Source: Eledone cirrhosa
Taxonomy: Eukaryota
Reading direction: 5' to 3'
Length of the DNA: 64,000 nt
NCBI GenBank assembly: GCA_964016885.1
Contig: OZ024743.1
Location: 250,728,001-250,792,000, forward strand
Shown here: piece after piece, positions 1-12,684 of the stretch
Position numbering within the stretch: the first letter of the stretch is position 1
How the letters are laid out: the number at the start of each line of letters is the position of its first letter
The notes under the pieces: generated by a model
Database searches by the model: none
Told to the model about the DNA's origin: nothing
Seen by the model: the letters and a program-made list of their open reading frames with translations, nothing else
Translations under genes and position numbers: made by a program

Positions 1-925
1 CTGGTCTTGTCGATAAGAGTGGTGCGTGTAGACTAATGACTCTCTTGGTCACCTCCGCTCACACTGGTGACGTAGTTCTGGACAGTCGAATTAGTGCACC
101 GAAGGTTTTGATTGGCTCACACTTCAGCCAACTTACCTCCGTAACACCATTCCTCCGCAGAAGGAAAATACATTTTATTCACTGCTACATACATACCTAC
201 ACATATATATGCTGTCTTCAGAAATAATGATATTTGTTTATTGAAAAAACAAAGATTCAATACAATAGGTCTGTTTGGGAACAGGTTTTGAATTGACCAA
301 TAGAGAGATAGTGAGGGTCAGGATAGTAATACAGTAGTAGAAGAACCTTAAATTATGGGTAGAGGAAGGTAGATTTCAGTTTTGGATGGAAAAGAATATT
401 ATGAATGAAGGATTATTTTAGGGAAGAAATAGGTCTTATGCTGACCTCAGAAATAATTTTATTTTTTCATTGAATAAAACCAACAAAGATCTAATATATT
501 CTGTCTGTTTGGTAAGAGGTTTAGAATTAACCAATAGAAAGTTAATAATTGGCCAAATGGTAAAATAGTAGTAATTGATGGTTAATTTAAGGGTGAAAAT
601 AGGGCAGGTGGTCAGTAAAAGGTATACAAGCAGTTGCTGTTATAAAATAGTAATGCCAATACAAATATCTAAGGTGACTAAAGTTTTAAGATAAGAATGT
701 TAGTAAAAAAATATACATCTATGAAAAGAATATAAATTAATTTAATTGATGGGTATATTTATATTGATAAAATTATACTAATACATATAGATATGATAAA
801 TAAGAGTTAGATACAGTTGAAAAGTGCTGTTAAAGATGAGGGGAAATTAAAAGAATATAAAAATAATATATATATATATATATATATACTTATACATATA
901 TATATATATACATATATATACACAT

Positions 926-979
<54 letters not shown>

Positions 980-1517
980 TTATATATACATATATATATA
1001 TACATATATATACATACACACACACACATACACACATATATACATATACATATACATATATATACACTTATACATATATATATATATATATACATAGATA
1101 TATACATGCCCATATACATACATACACATACATATACACACACATATATATTTATATATACATATAATTATTGGGGGGGGGGATTAAATTTATTAGTGAG
1201 AAATAGTAAATATATATAGTTTTCAAGGAACATAGAGTCATAACCTGAAGTTTAAGCATTATATATGTTTACTTAATGGTATCAGTTTTAGGAAATGATA
1301 TTTGTAAGAAGGAAAGTAAAATTATGTAGTTCATTAGTAGTAGAATATTAATTATAGGTTAACTAAATTAAAAATAGTTTATATATTAATTTCTAAAGTG
1401 TATATTAATTAGGTTTATAATTTTTAAAGCAGGATTATGTAGTTCATCAGTAGTAGAATATTAATTATAGGTTAACTGAATTAAAAATAATTTATAAATT
1501 AATTTCTAAAGTGTCTA

Positions 1518-3098
1518 TTAATTAGGTTTATAATATTTAAAGGTTTTTCTCAGTTTATGATTACACGATATAATTAATTCCTGTCGCTTATTTAATAGGA
1601 TATCCTTAGATTTCATTATTTCAAAAAGTTCTTGGGAACATAATCTACATTCATTTCTACTATTTTGATAAGGGGTGGCCCTTTTGAGCACACTCCAGGT
1701 CAGGTCATATTCTATATTCCTCTTTCTATAACTATTTATTATTTCAGCTAGAGATGTTGTATTAGCTAGTGCGGCATTTTTAAAACTATGTGTGTGGGTA
1801 TTAAATCTTACCTTAAATTTGTTAGAGGTAGCTCCTATATATGAATAAATTGGGTCCTTAGTGTTAACTTTACATTTATATACTATGTTATTAACAAGGC
1901 AATTTCCTTTTAATGGACAGTATGCCTTGTTTCTACAGTTACAACCTTTCGTGAATCCTGTATCTGAGGAGATATTATGGTTAGTTTGATGTACTGGTGG
2001 TATACTCATGGTTTTTTTACATTTATATGCATTATAGGCACTTATATTTTGTTTTATGTTATTGGTTGTTGAATAGGAGAATTTAACCGTTGATCTATTT
2101 AAGATTTGATGGTATTTGTGGTTTGGCGGGAAGTTTTTCTCTAGGATATTAAAGAATTTTTTAGGTATATTATCCTTAATTTGTAAATTAAATGGAGCAT
2201 TGTACCAAGTAACTCGTCTATTACGGTTTCGATGTTGTTTATTGTTTTTATAGGATGCATCCTGATGTTTATTAAGAGAATTATTGTTAATGACCTCACC
2301 ACACACATTTTTAGTTAGATTTATTGATTTAGGTGTTTTAGCTTGTTTATTATGAGTTTTATTATTAACATTTATTAGAGTTGTAGGATGAGTAGTTTTT
2401 TGAGAGTTACTATACTGTATATTAGAAGAGTTAGAGAAATTTGGTTTTATGTTGGTGTTTTGGGGTATAGTGTGAGTGGCATTTAGGTGTGTATGTTTCA
2501 TTTGGTGTTTGTTGGTAATATTAGGTTGTATGTTTGTAGTGTTATTGGTAGAAGGTATATATACTAATCTATTTTTGTGGCCACTTCTAGCTAGAGCTTC
2601 GTTATAAAAGGTCGCATGTTTATCAAATACATCTTGGTTAGACGAAAGGTTAGAAATTCTAAGTGATATATTATATGCAAGGTTTTTAAGGATAGATTTA
2701 GGGTGATTAGATTGTGAGTGTATGTAGTGTAAATTTTGGTTGGGTTTATGGTAAGGTTGGTAGATACCCGTAGATAAGTCTAATGTTATATCTAGGAAAT
2801 TAACTACTTTACTTGTGTTTTCAAATGTAATATCTAGACTATAATAGTCTTTGAGGAAAGTTCTAATAAGCTTTTTATTTTTTTCTATCTCTGAGAGGCT
2901 AAGGTTATTGGAAAGAAGAAGACAGTCGTCACGATATAAACCTCCTTTAAGGTGGGGAAAAGAAGCATTTATGTTAAAAAGAAGAAAGAGGCCCACAAGA
3001 TCAGTAATTTGGGCAGAATCGCTTGAGCCCATAGTAATATCGAATAGATTACTATATGTGTTTCTGGTCCAGTATTCATTCTGAAATTCCAATATATC
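1518..3098 (-). mobile_element. Penelope-like element (Naiad-type), 5'-truncated ORF: partial RT, Asn/Thr-rich linker, GIY-YIG endonuclease
   Basis: ORF 1518..3125 has RT motifs FDITMGS and GGLYRDD, thumb region FLDITLDL/YHKPN/SNHP, then CNCx5CPx3C, IVYKC..YIGAT (GIY-YIG), CRLC and CNH. The first ~9 aa of the called ORF come from the adjacent RTE (GT)n tail. Confidence 0.9.
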
Positions 3099-3101
3099 TA
3101 T

Positions 3102-4496
3102 ACACACACACACACACGATAGCAACTAACAGCGCTGCGATCGAATGTGGCTTTTTAGCCCAGCCAATGATCTAAAATATCTTGCACAGAGTCGGCAACC
3201 AAAACATTCACTGGGAATAGTCGGCTGTGGCTGGAGTTTGTGAACTTTTGCATGTAGCTTGAGCCCTCCTGCTGATTTACATTCTCTACCACATGTTTGG
3301 CAAGCATGATGAGTAGCAACTCCAACAGCAGCCTGGTAGTCAACCACTGGTCTTACTTTATGACTGCGAAGATGACTTTCGAGTCCAGCTTTGCTTAGGC
3401 AGAGTCTCACACAGACGCTGCATGTCAGCACCATAGGAGGACTCTCGCCGTCTGGAAGTGCAACAGCAATGCCCTTCCTCACATCCCGCTTTACTTTCTC
3501 GTATGCGATTTGAGATGCCTCAAAGGCAACTTTTCCCTCATATACAGTCTTTCTCCATTTATTACGATCAGCAGCAATATTTTCCCATGTATCAGCAGAG
3601 ATGTTAGCGTCTTTCAGAGAGGCTTTCAAGGAATCCTTATACCTTTTTTTTGGTTTATGTGGCGGTCGTTTTCCTTTAACCAACTCTCCATAAAAGAGTT
3701 GTTTTAGTATTCTAGAATCCTTCATCCTGGCAAGGTGACCACTCCAACGGAGTCGTTGCTTAAGCACAAGAGTTTCTATACTATCACACATAGAGCTTTC
3801 CAAAATCTCGACATCACTGACGTGGTCCCTCCAGTGAACACCATGGATCCGTCTGAGACACATCTGATGGAAACGCTCCAATTGCTTAAGGTGGTGTCGA
3901 TATGTGACCCAGGTCTCGCAGGCATAAAGAAGACAAAATAGCACACATGCCCTGTACACCTTTACCTTTGTCCTCCTGCATATGTCTCGCCGACCCCAGA
4001 GTCGCCTTTCTAGCTTTCCGAAAGCATCACTTGCTTTCCTAATCCTAAGTGAGATTTCACTGTCAAGGTTGCTGTATCGATTGACAGTGCTTCCCAGGTA
4101 GACAAACTGATCAACCACTCCAAGTCGTTTACCATACACATAGATGTTTGGTTCAGTGTACTGCTTACCAGGGACAGGTTGGTACATGACGACGGTTTTC
4201 TTGAGACTGACAGTCAATCCTAGGGCAGTGCAAGCGTCAGAAAATGCATTCAAAATGTGCTGCATATCACTCTCTGTGTGTGCTACAAGATCGCAATCAT
4301 CTGCATACAAGAGGTCTCTTATGATTGATGTAAATACTTTTGTCTTTGCAGCAAAGCGCCTGCTGTTAAATATGCTGCCTGAGGTTCAATATCGGATGTA
4401 AACACCATGCTCGCAATTCCTGAATGCAATACAGAAAACCATTGCAAAGTATATGGCAAACAGGGTCGGTGCTAGAATATCTCCCTGTTTCACCCC
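3102..4496 (-). mobile_element. RTE-clade (BovB-like) LINE, 5'-truncated, with three C-terminal C2H2-type zinc fingers and a (GT)n tail
   Basis: Reads GVKQGDILAPTLF...GVYIRY*TSG...LLYADD...FVYLGS...LYACETW...RLRWSGH, with one in-frame TGA upstream of the called ORF 3126..4310. (CA)n at 3102-3117 is the 3' tail. Confidence 0.9.
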
Positions 4497-4767
4497 ATAT
4501 ATATATATACATACCTACATACACACACATATTTATATCAATAAAATCAATAAAATGTGTAACAGAATTTAAAAAAAAAATGCAAGAACTGAAGTTGATA
4601 TGAGTGATGAAATCTTTTTAAGACTGTATTCCATTATGGTCACAATCTACCAATTGACACCAGTAAGAAGAATAAAATAACTTCTGGTTCGTTGCACCTG
4701 TGATCCTATTAAAAATACCTTGAAGGAAAGAATGAAACAAATTTCTTTTAGCTTTTTTCTTTTTCAG

Positions 4768-4800
4768 TGCTTCAGTTCATATCTTTGTTGATTAAACCAG
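4768..4800 (+). CDS. candidate 33-nt micro-exon (xLQFISLLIKP, phase 1-1)
   Basis: Pyrimidine tract plus TTTTCAG acceptor, CAG/GTAAAA donor, one open frame. No homology recognised. Confidence 0.25.
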
Positions 4801-5574
4801 GTAAAAAAATGCAAAAAATAATAATAATAAAATGCTGATAAACATTTCACCTTCAGTAATTGTGATTTTGTTTCTTAGTTTATGTTTGTGTTTTTAATGA
4901 ATATCTGTTAATTATTCTGCTGCTGCTGCTACTACTACTATTATCTCCCCCAGCATCATTACTATTACAATTTCCACCACCTCCATCACTGCACCATTAG
5001 TGGAGGTGGCAGTATTGATAATGGTGGTGAGGGGATGATGGTAGTGATGGCAGTGTTGGTGTTGCTGGAAGCAGTGAGGGGATGATGTTGAATGGTTAGA
5101 TGGTGATGATGATAGTTGTGGTGGTGTGGAAAAGAATTACCTGAGTGATTGGAGATGTTTGATGGAGACAAGTAACAAACATATAAACCTTTTCAATTAC
5201 GCTGCCTATTAAGGTAAGCTGTGTATATTCAGGCGAGAATTAGTTAAAACACAGATAAGAAAACATTTTCCCAACTTGCTAACAATTCTGCTAATCTACT
5301 ACTGCTCTTAAGAATAAATGAAGAATTGATAGCAGGACATGTCTGGTACTTTATCAACCTTGAAAGGATGAAAGGCAAATTTGAAATCGGTGGGGTTTGA
5401 ATTGAAAAAGTAAAGATCCAGAACATAACCCCCTTATTTTCTTAGTTCAAATCCTACTGAGACCCTTTTGCTTTTCATTTTTACAGAGTAAATAAATTAA
5501 AGTACTTGGCAATTTATAGCCAATTTAATTGAATTACACCTTATCTCTAAATTATTGGCTATGTGTCAAAGTGT

Positions 5575-5987
5575 TGGTGGAGTATCAGACAAAATCCTTA
5601 GCAGTATTTGTTCCAGCTCTTTATATTCTGAGTTCAAATCCCACTGAGGTCAATTTTGCCTTGTCTATTTAGCATTTACATTAATCTATATTTACTATTA
5701 TATTTTCATGGTAAAGGCTTTAACTCACATAATATCGAATCTATGAGATTTTGATATAATTTATTTTGAGAACAACACCTTAATGTCAGTATGAGTGGCC
5801 AGTTACGGCTGGTTTGAGTAGAATGAGGTGAGAGAATTCTGTCCAGATATGGCCAATTTAAATGCTATAGGGTTAAATCCATATAGGGTCGATACAATAA
5901 AGCACCTGTAATGCACTGGAGATGATTTAATTGACTTTCCCATTTCCTTCAAATTGCTGGCCTTGTGCCAAAAGTAAAATCAATTAT
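5575..5987 (+). mobile_element. SINE (abundant family with GAGTTCAAATCC box) interrupted by a TTAA-type MITE
   Basis: SINE consensus ...ttctgagttcaaatcccactgaggtcaattttgcctt / ...gggtcgat..aataaagcacc...gctggccttgtgccaaaagta is split by a MITE at ~5668-5876. Confidence 0.75.
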
Positions 5988-7140
5988 TATAATCATTATT
6001 ATCTTCATCATCATCAGTTGAAAAAAATAGCCAAATATGTAATATTGAGCAAATAATGAATCTATTTCCAATCCGGTTTCTTCAGCAGGAAATTATAACA
6101 ATGTATGATATTTAATTGTTGATATCATTGGAGTATATCTCAGTGTTGGGGTTGCTATGGGTCAAAAAGATTAAGGTACTAATTAACTACTGGGTTGATT
6201 TAATCAACTTTCCTATCCACTCAAAATTGCTGGCCTTGTGCTTAAATTAGAAGCCATTATTCTCAGAATGTGTTAATCTTTTCATGAAAAGGCTGATCGA
6301 TTCTTCACACATTCTTTGCAAACTTTTCAGAAAAAGAAAGACAAGAGTTGTTTTTGTTTTTCACATGTAAAAAATTGATTTATTTTGATTCCAAATATGA
6401 AGTAATGACACTCAAAATTATAAGGTATTTTGGTCTGCTACTTTGCTATTTTATTCCGATTTTTCTCTTTTTTATTATTTTTATTTATGTATGCTTTCTT
6501 TCATACCTTAATATTGAATGACAACAGTTTATAAAGGATGACTAGAAAATGAAAGAAATGTTATTTTTGGATTTTATTTTTGAATTCTTCAACATTGAAA
6601 TTGTGATAAAATCCCAACATCCTTTTAATATTGAGTTTCTTTAATGTATTATATATATATATTTTTGTCTTTTTATCAGTGCAACTTCAGAAAAAAGGGA
6701 TCTTTTTAAGAAAGGAATTTAAAAAATAATAATAGAGGCTTGTTTTCTCACTATGGCACCATTTTGAGATTATTACAGGAATGCAGAAATTCCAATTTTT
6801 TTTTTATTTTGCTCTTTCATTGCTAGACATTCTGACAACTAAAAACAAAAATGGACAAAACAACAACAAGAAGTAAAACGTGGAAAGTTTTAGGGGCTAG
6901 ATTATTTCCAGTGTAGACTATAGCATGGATACTACATTTGAGGTGGTGAAATTCAAGATAGAATAAAACCCTAGATGATCCCTTAAATAATTTAAAGGGG
7001 TAGAAAAAGCAATGGTTTACAGTATTCTAATACCTGAAGTTATCAAATATACACCTCAAAACATGCGTTGAACTGAGAAAATATGGATGTAGCTCATGAA
7101 TATTTACACGTGTTATTTTATTTCTATCCACCTAGCTTCT

Positions 7141-7655
7141 TTAAAGTCACACTCATCCTGATTACCTTGATTAAAGTCACACTCATCATGGACTACCTCC
7201 ATTAAAATCACACTCATCACAGACTAGCTCCATTAACATCACACTCATCACAGATTACCTTAATTAAAGTCGCACTCATCATAGATTACCTTCACTAAAG
7301 TCACACTCATCACAGACTACCTTAATTAACCCTTTAGTATTTACATGACTCTATATTTACTATTGTATTTTCATAGTAAACACTTTATCTCACATAATTA
7401 TCTCACATAATATGGAATCTACGAGATTTTGATATTATGTATTTTGAGAACTAAACCTTAACATAAGTATGAGTAGCAAGTTATGGCTGTTTTGAACACA
7501 AAGAGGTGAGAGAATTCTGGCTGGATATGATTGGTTTAAATGCTAATGCATTAAAGCCACACTTATCACAGACTACCTCCATTAAAGTCACACTTATCAC
7601 AGACTACCTCCATTAAAATCACATTAAGGTCACACTCATCATGATTACCTTTATT
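7141..7655. repeat. ~29-bp minisatellite (TTAAAGTCACACTCATCACAGACTACCTCCA) interrupted by a MITE
   Basis: About 6 units at 7141-7325 and about 3 more at 7551-7655. Confidence 0.85.
7326..7554. mobile_element. piggyBac-type MITE (~225 bp); further copies at ~5668-5876, 27561-27789, 42659-42879
   Basis: Consensus termini TTAA-CCCTTTAGCATTTA...TAAATGCTAAAGGG-TTAA (imperfect in each copy) and the same internal sequence (ctcacataat, agagaattctgg) in four copies. Confidence 0.75.
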
Positions 7656-8098
7656 ACCACCACGCTTTTATATAAGAACCATGTGTCTCTGATTTAGAAT
7701 GGGTACATCATATCCCTGTCATAGGAGGCAACTAAAAGGGATGGTATCAAAAAGGGCACAAAGATATAAAACATTACCTCAAAAAAGTCCTGCCCAAACC
7801 ATGCCAGTATGGAAAACAACATAAAAATAGAGACAATGATGATGAGGGTGTTAACTTAGAAATAAAATATTAATTTTAGTAAATCCCACAAAATTTTTAA
7901 TGGAAATAGAATGTATTTCTTTAGAAATATGGTCATGAAAGGGTTAAGTATATTCTTTAATTAGTGGAGCTTTTGGTGGAAAAAGTGGATCGTTTCAGAA
8001 TATAGATATATGTATACTTCTTCATATAATATATAATACATTCCCTTATGGTATAGTGAAAATTTGGCGGAATCAAACTAATTTCTAGTAACATGTAG

Positions 8099-8310
8099 CC
8101 TGTCACCATCCACTTTACTACCCTCCTGCTGGTCACTTGTCATGTGACTGTCATTTCATTCGAAATTTTCGCTGACAATGAATGGCTGGGAATTCTTGTC
8201 TTAAATTTTACTTCTGGACAGAGAAAGTCTCCTGGTGATATGGGATTTCTTGCGATACTCTACTCAGAGTTTCGTTATTTCCCCCATGAAACTGCAGTAG
8301 GAACATTAAA
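8099..8310 (+). CDS. candidate host exon (...GILVLNFTSGQRKSPGDMGFLAILYSEFRYFPHETAVGTL)
   Basis: Unique, non-repetitive sequence with a 70-codon open frame after TAG at 8096-8098, an in-frame ATG at 8240 and a strong donor AA/GTGAGT at 8310/8311. Confidence 0.35.
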
Positions 8311-8496
8311 GTGAGTAAGTAAAGATTTTTTTATTAACTTGTTTGCTTTTTCCCTAATTGATATTATTAGGCTCTGAATCTGTTAATTTTATGAACTCTT
8401 TCATAGAACCAAACTCAGTATAAGTTGGACACTCTGTATGTATGTATATATACCTGTATGTATACTTCTTCTTTTTATATATGTATATATTTATAT

Positions 8497-8555
8497 ATGT
8501 TCTGAAGAGATTGTTTTGGTAAAAACAAGAGCAAACAGGAGAAAGCTCTCAACAT
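8497..8555 (+). ncRNA. degenerate minimal type I hammerhead ribozyme motif
   Basis: ATGTT-CTGAAGA-(TTGTTTTG..CAAGAGCAA stem)-GAAA-GCTC-TC-AACAT. Stem I pairs; the base of stem II is imperfect. Confidence 0.45.
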
Positions 8556-10831
8556 TCGTAGTTTGTAGTCACGATGGAGATTCAGTATAATAATAATATT
8601 AATAAAGATGCTGTTGTTATTATTATATATTTATATATATATATAGGCTTGTGATTTCTACCATGAAACTACTTTCAGATTGTTGAAGTGATGCAGAAAG
8701 TAGAATTTTGGGAAGCATTTTGAAAGCTCTGAGAGCTATAAACAACATCAGCAGCAACAACATCATCATCAACATCAATAATATCAACATTATCAAAAAC
8801 GGTAACAACTACACCAGAATCACAACAGCTACTGCAACATCAACAATAACATAAATAACAATGACAACAACAAAATTTCCAAAAACTATGTAAAAACTCT
8901 CTATATGAAATGTTTTTGCTAAAATAGAAAATTATCAATTTGACTTCACAAAACAAAAATCATTTTCTAATTTTATTTATATTCTATTTTTATTTTTCAT
9001 GTATTATTATTATTGCCTTTCATCCTTATGGGGTCGATAAAATAAAGTACCAGTAATACACTGGGTAATTGCTGGCCTTGTGCCAAAAGTAGAAACAATT
9101 ATTATTTATCTATTTATGTCGGACAAAATGTATTTAGCATCAACTTTCTATGTGCTGAGTTCAAATCCCACCAAGGACAACTTTCTCATTTGTCCTTCCA
9201 GAGTTGATAAAATAAAGAATCAGTTAAGCACTGAGGTCAATATAATCAATTTCTCCTTTTCACCAAATTGTGGGCCTTGTGCCTATTTTAGAAAGAATTA
9301 TTTTTCTATTTATTTATTGATCAATTGGCGTTTTTGTAGAATATGGAACCAGTGGAACTGAGAGCTAGCACAGAAGTTGACATATTACTGATGAAGATGA
9401 TGGTGTAGTATTGGTTTTAGTGATGAATATGATGATAATGTTGATGTGGTGTGGATTATGGTGGTAAACCCAAACTGCACGAAACCACTCTTGGATTTAC
9501 AATATAAAACTTTATGTTAACATGTTCAAACTTATCTAAAAATCTTCCATCATAATTTTATGTAAAAACCTTTAAGTTAAGGAAAAAAAAATTATACTTC
9601 TAAATACTTCCAAAATCATAGGCAGTCTCTTTTATTAGAAATAAGGTAACAAACGTTTTAAAACGTTTAGCTTTATCAAAAAGACTTCCATCCTTATTTT
9701 ATGTGAGAATGTTTGTTAATTTATGTTCCAAATATCAGATGGTGCCAAATTTAGTAATATTACTAAACTTTTCTTCAGATTTTTGATTATTTTCAAACTT
9801 ATTTAAAAATTAAAAGCAGTGTCTTTCATTAGAAATATGGTAATGAATGTGTTAACATATAAAAAAATAGAAATTAATCCCTGCCCTGACAAAATCTAAC
9901 AGAAAAAAATCCAACAAATATATAAACAAAAGACAAACATAATCTATTCCAGATAATCTACAGAGTATTTATGACGCCAACATTTTGGCTATGCTTGCTC
10001 TTTATCACAGTTTCTTTTTTACAGTTTTGTTGCAAGAATGAATTTTCTGTGTCTGATTAACTGAAGAAACTTTCGTTCTTCTTCTTCTCCTTCTTTCTCT
10101 CCCTCACTTTTTCTCTATCACAATCAGTCTCTTCTTCCTCTCTTTCCACCAATATCACTCTCTGTTTCTCCTCCTCTCTCTCTTTATATCTCACTCATAC
10201 ACCCCCCTCCCTCTGTGATTAAAACTATCATCACTATTTTCTTCAAATTTTTCTTACATTTAAAAGAAATTATTTTTGCATTATTTATTTTATTTTTTGT
10301 GATTTTTTCTGTTTTCTTTTTTACATCTGAAAAATTTATGTTAATGCTTTTTTGTTTGTTGTTTCTGCTTATGTTTGTATTTTTGAAGTTGTTTTCATAC
10401 TATTACTGCTATTACTTCTGCTGCTGCAACTAATACAATTACTAATACTACTATTACTACTACTACTCTTACTACTACAACTACAACTACTGCTACACTT
10501 ACTACTATTACTAGAACTGTTACTGCTGTTGTAATCATATTTTTGGTTTCTTTTCATGAATATATATATATATATTCACACATACATATCTATACATGTA
10601 TATACATATATATGTGTGTGTGTACACATTTTTCATGGTATTATATGCATTATATATATTCTTATTTATAATTTGAATATTTTTGTATAGAAGCTATTGT
10701 CAAGGTAGAGATATGAATTTCTCCCCCCCCCCCTCTCTCCATATATGTATATATATATATATATATAATCTGCTTTTGTGAAAGATTTAGTCTTGAATTT
10801 GTTCAATATCATTTCAATAAAATATATACAA

Positions 10832-10863
<32 letters not shown>

Positions 10864-11512
10864 ACACACACACATATATATATATACATAAATATATATA
10901 TGTGTGTTTGTGTGTGTATTGTTGAAACAATATCAAATAAATTCAAGAGACTAAATCTTTAACAAAAAGTAGAATATATATAAATATCCAAATTAAAATC
11001 TGTATGTACCACACACACACACACACACTACGTGTATATATATATATATATATATATATATGGAATTCCTGAGTGAAAAATATTGTATAACATATCCTGG
11101 TGTTATATTCTGGTATGTGCATGTGTGAATGCCTGTAAGTGTGTGTATGTGCATGTGTGTGGTTTTGTGTGTGTATTTCATTCATATCTATTTTTGTCTT
11201 CTTTTTATTCCTTCTTCATTCTTGCTATGCATCGTTTCTTTCTTTACTTCTTTCTTTTTCATTCTCTCTATTCTTCATTCAATACCATCACCACCATCAC
11301 CCACACGGCAAAACCACTACCGCCCCCACCACTAACACAAACAATAACACCAACACTAACACCGCCATCAGTCTTTAAGAATAGCTTCATTGATCTCAGT
11401 GCAAAGATCTCTGCTGTCATAGAAATTGGATTCTATTTCATTAAAACTATTAATTTCAAATCATTAATTTCAAATGGGAAGGTTTGTCACCAAATACCTT
11501 TGCCACAACCAC

Positions 11513-11600
<88 letters not shown>

Positions 11601-11603
11601 GCA

Positions 11604-11650
<47 letters not shown>

Positions 11651-11756
11651 CCACACTAAATTGCACTCTAAATGGTGGCTGAAGAGATCTAGAGATGCAG
11701 TTGTTTGCTTCAAGTAACCATTTTCCTTTTAAAAATGTTTTATATATATATATAAT

Positions 11757-12280
11757 CACCATCGTTTAACATCCATCTTCCACACTAGCATGGGTTGGAC
11801 AGTTTTATCCCACTTGAGGCAAGATTGGATGGGAGATTGTGTCTTGCTCGTACAGAACCGTTTCTGGCAGGTTTTCTATGGCTGGATGCCCCTCATAACA
11901 CCAACCACATTTACAGTGTGGATCGGGTGCCTTTTATTGTGTCACCTAAACGACCACCTTGCAGTGGACGGAAGTGGGAGAATGGAGTAAGGTGTGTGGG
12001 TTGGGGTGTATATTGGGTTTAGAGGTGTCTACTGACTGTAGGTTTAAGTTTGCATGCAAAGGAAGACAGGTCTTCTGTATAACTGTATGCATAGAGAGGT
12101 GTAAGTGAGCAAGGTCAGTTTTTATTACCTCGTCCCAGGTTTTTCTTGGTCTACCCACTCCGTAGCTTCCATCAATTTTGATTGCTCTGCACTTTTTTAT
12201 ACTGCTGTTGTCCTTCATACGCATCACATGTCCATACCAACACAATCTCCTCTTCTGCACACAACATTTGATACCTCTTA
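11757..12280 (-). mobile_element. RTE LINE 3' fragment (second family)
   Basis: IRGIKCCVQKRRLCWYGHVMRM...GRPRKTWDE plus a 3' UTR matching 55365-55760. Confidence 0.85.
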
Positions 12281-12684
12281 TGATTATATATACACACACA
12301 AATACACACATATTATCTATATATTTCATTTCATTTTACATCCGATTTTCCCTGCTAGCAAGGGTGCGAATATATATACATACATACAAAATTTCCTTAA
12401 ATTCACAACATTTGTATATGTAAAAAACACATGTTTCACTGAGGAAGTAACTACATCACTCAATTTGTCAGTTCACCATCTTTGTTATGGGTATGAAGAT
12501 GAAACTTCTACCAGAATGATCTTATAGAAGGAACGAGTAAGGCTGTACCTTCCTCAGTGAAATGCAAATGTGAATGTAACCAAATTTTTGTAGATTACAA
12601 CTTGTCCCTTGGACTGAGTGCTTTGCCAGCTTTTGATATTTTTATGAAATTTTCTACCCTAAATATATATATATATATATATGT

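Noticed and set aside
807-1167. ORFs rich in YI/CV/HT/SL/ER dipeptides (here and at ~11.5k, 19.8k, 37-38k, 45.5k, 56.5-57.3k, 61.1k)
   Set aside because: Translations of (TA)n, (CA)n and (GA)n microsatellites, not genes.
1380-1460. TCATCAG (minus-strand CTGATGA) just downstream of the Penelope-like ORF
   Set aside because: No stem I or stem II pairing with a suitably placed GAAA, and the duplicate copy reads TCATTAG.
1518-3098. Possible selenoprotein-type Naiad (in-frame UGA plus SECIS)
   Set aside because: Conserved Cys positions are ordinary Cys codons in both elements. The ATGA..GA hairpin at 36-90 is on the wrong strand and lacks the apical AA.
3099-3125. Apparent fusion of the RTE ORF and the Penelope ORF (adjacent coordinates 3125/3126)
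   Set aside because: A stop codon and the RTE (GT)n tail separate them; they are simply juxtaposed insertions.
5140-6110. Additional possible micro-exons (LEMFDGD near 5150; GNYNN near 6089)
   Set aside because: Splice signals are incomplete or the segments are too short to distinguish from chance.
7141-7655. CRISPR-like regular repeats (also 42300-43600)
   Set aside because: Head-to-tail units without unique spacers, no cas genes, eukaryotic context.
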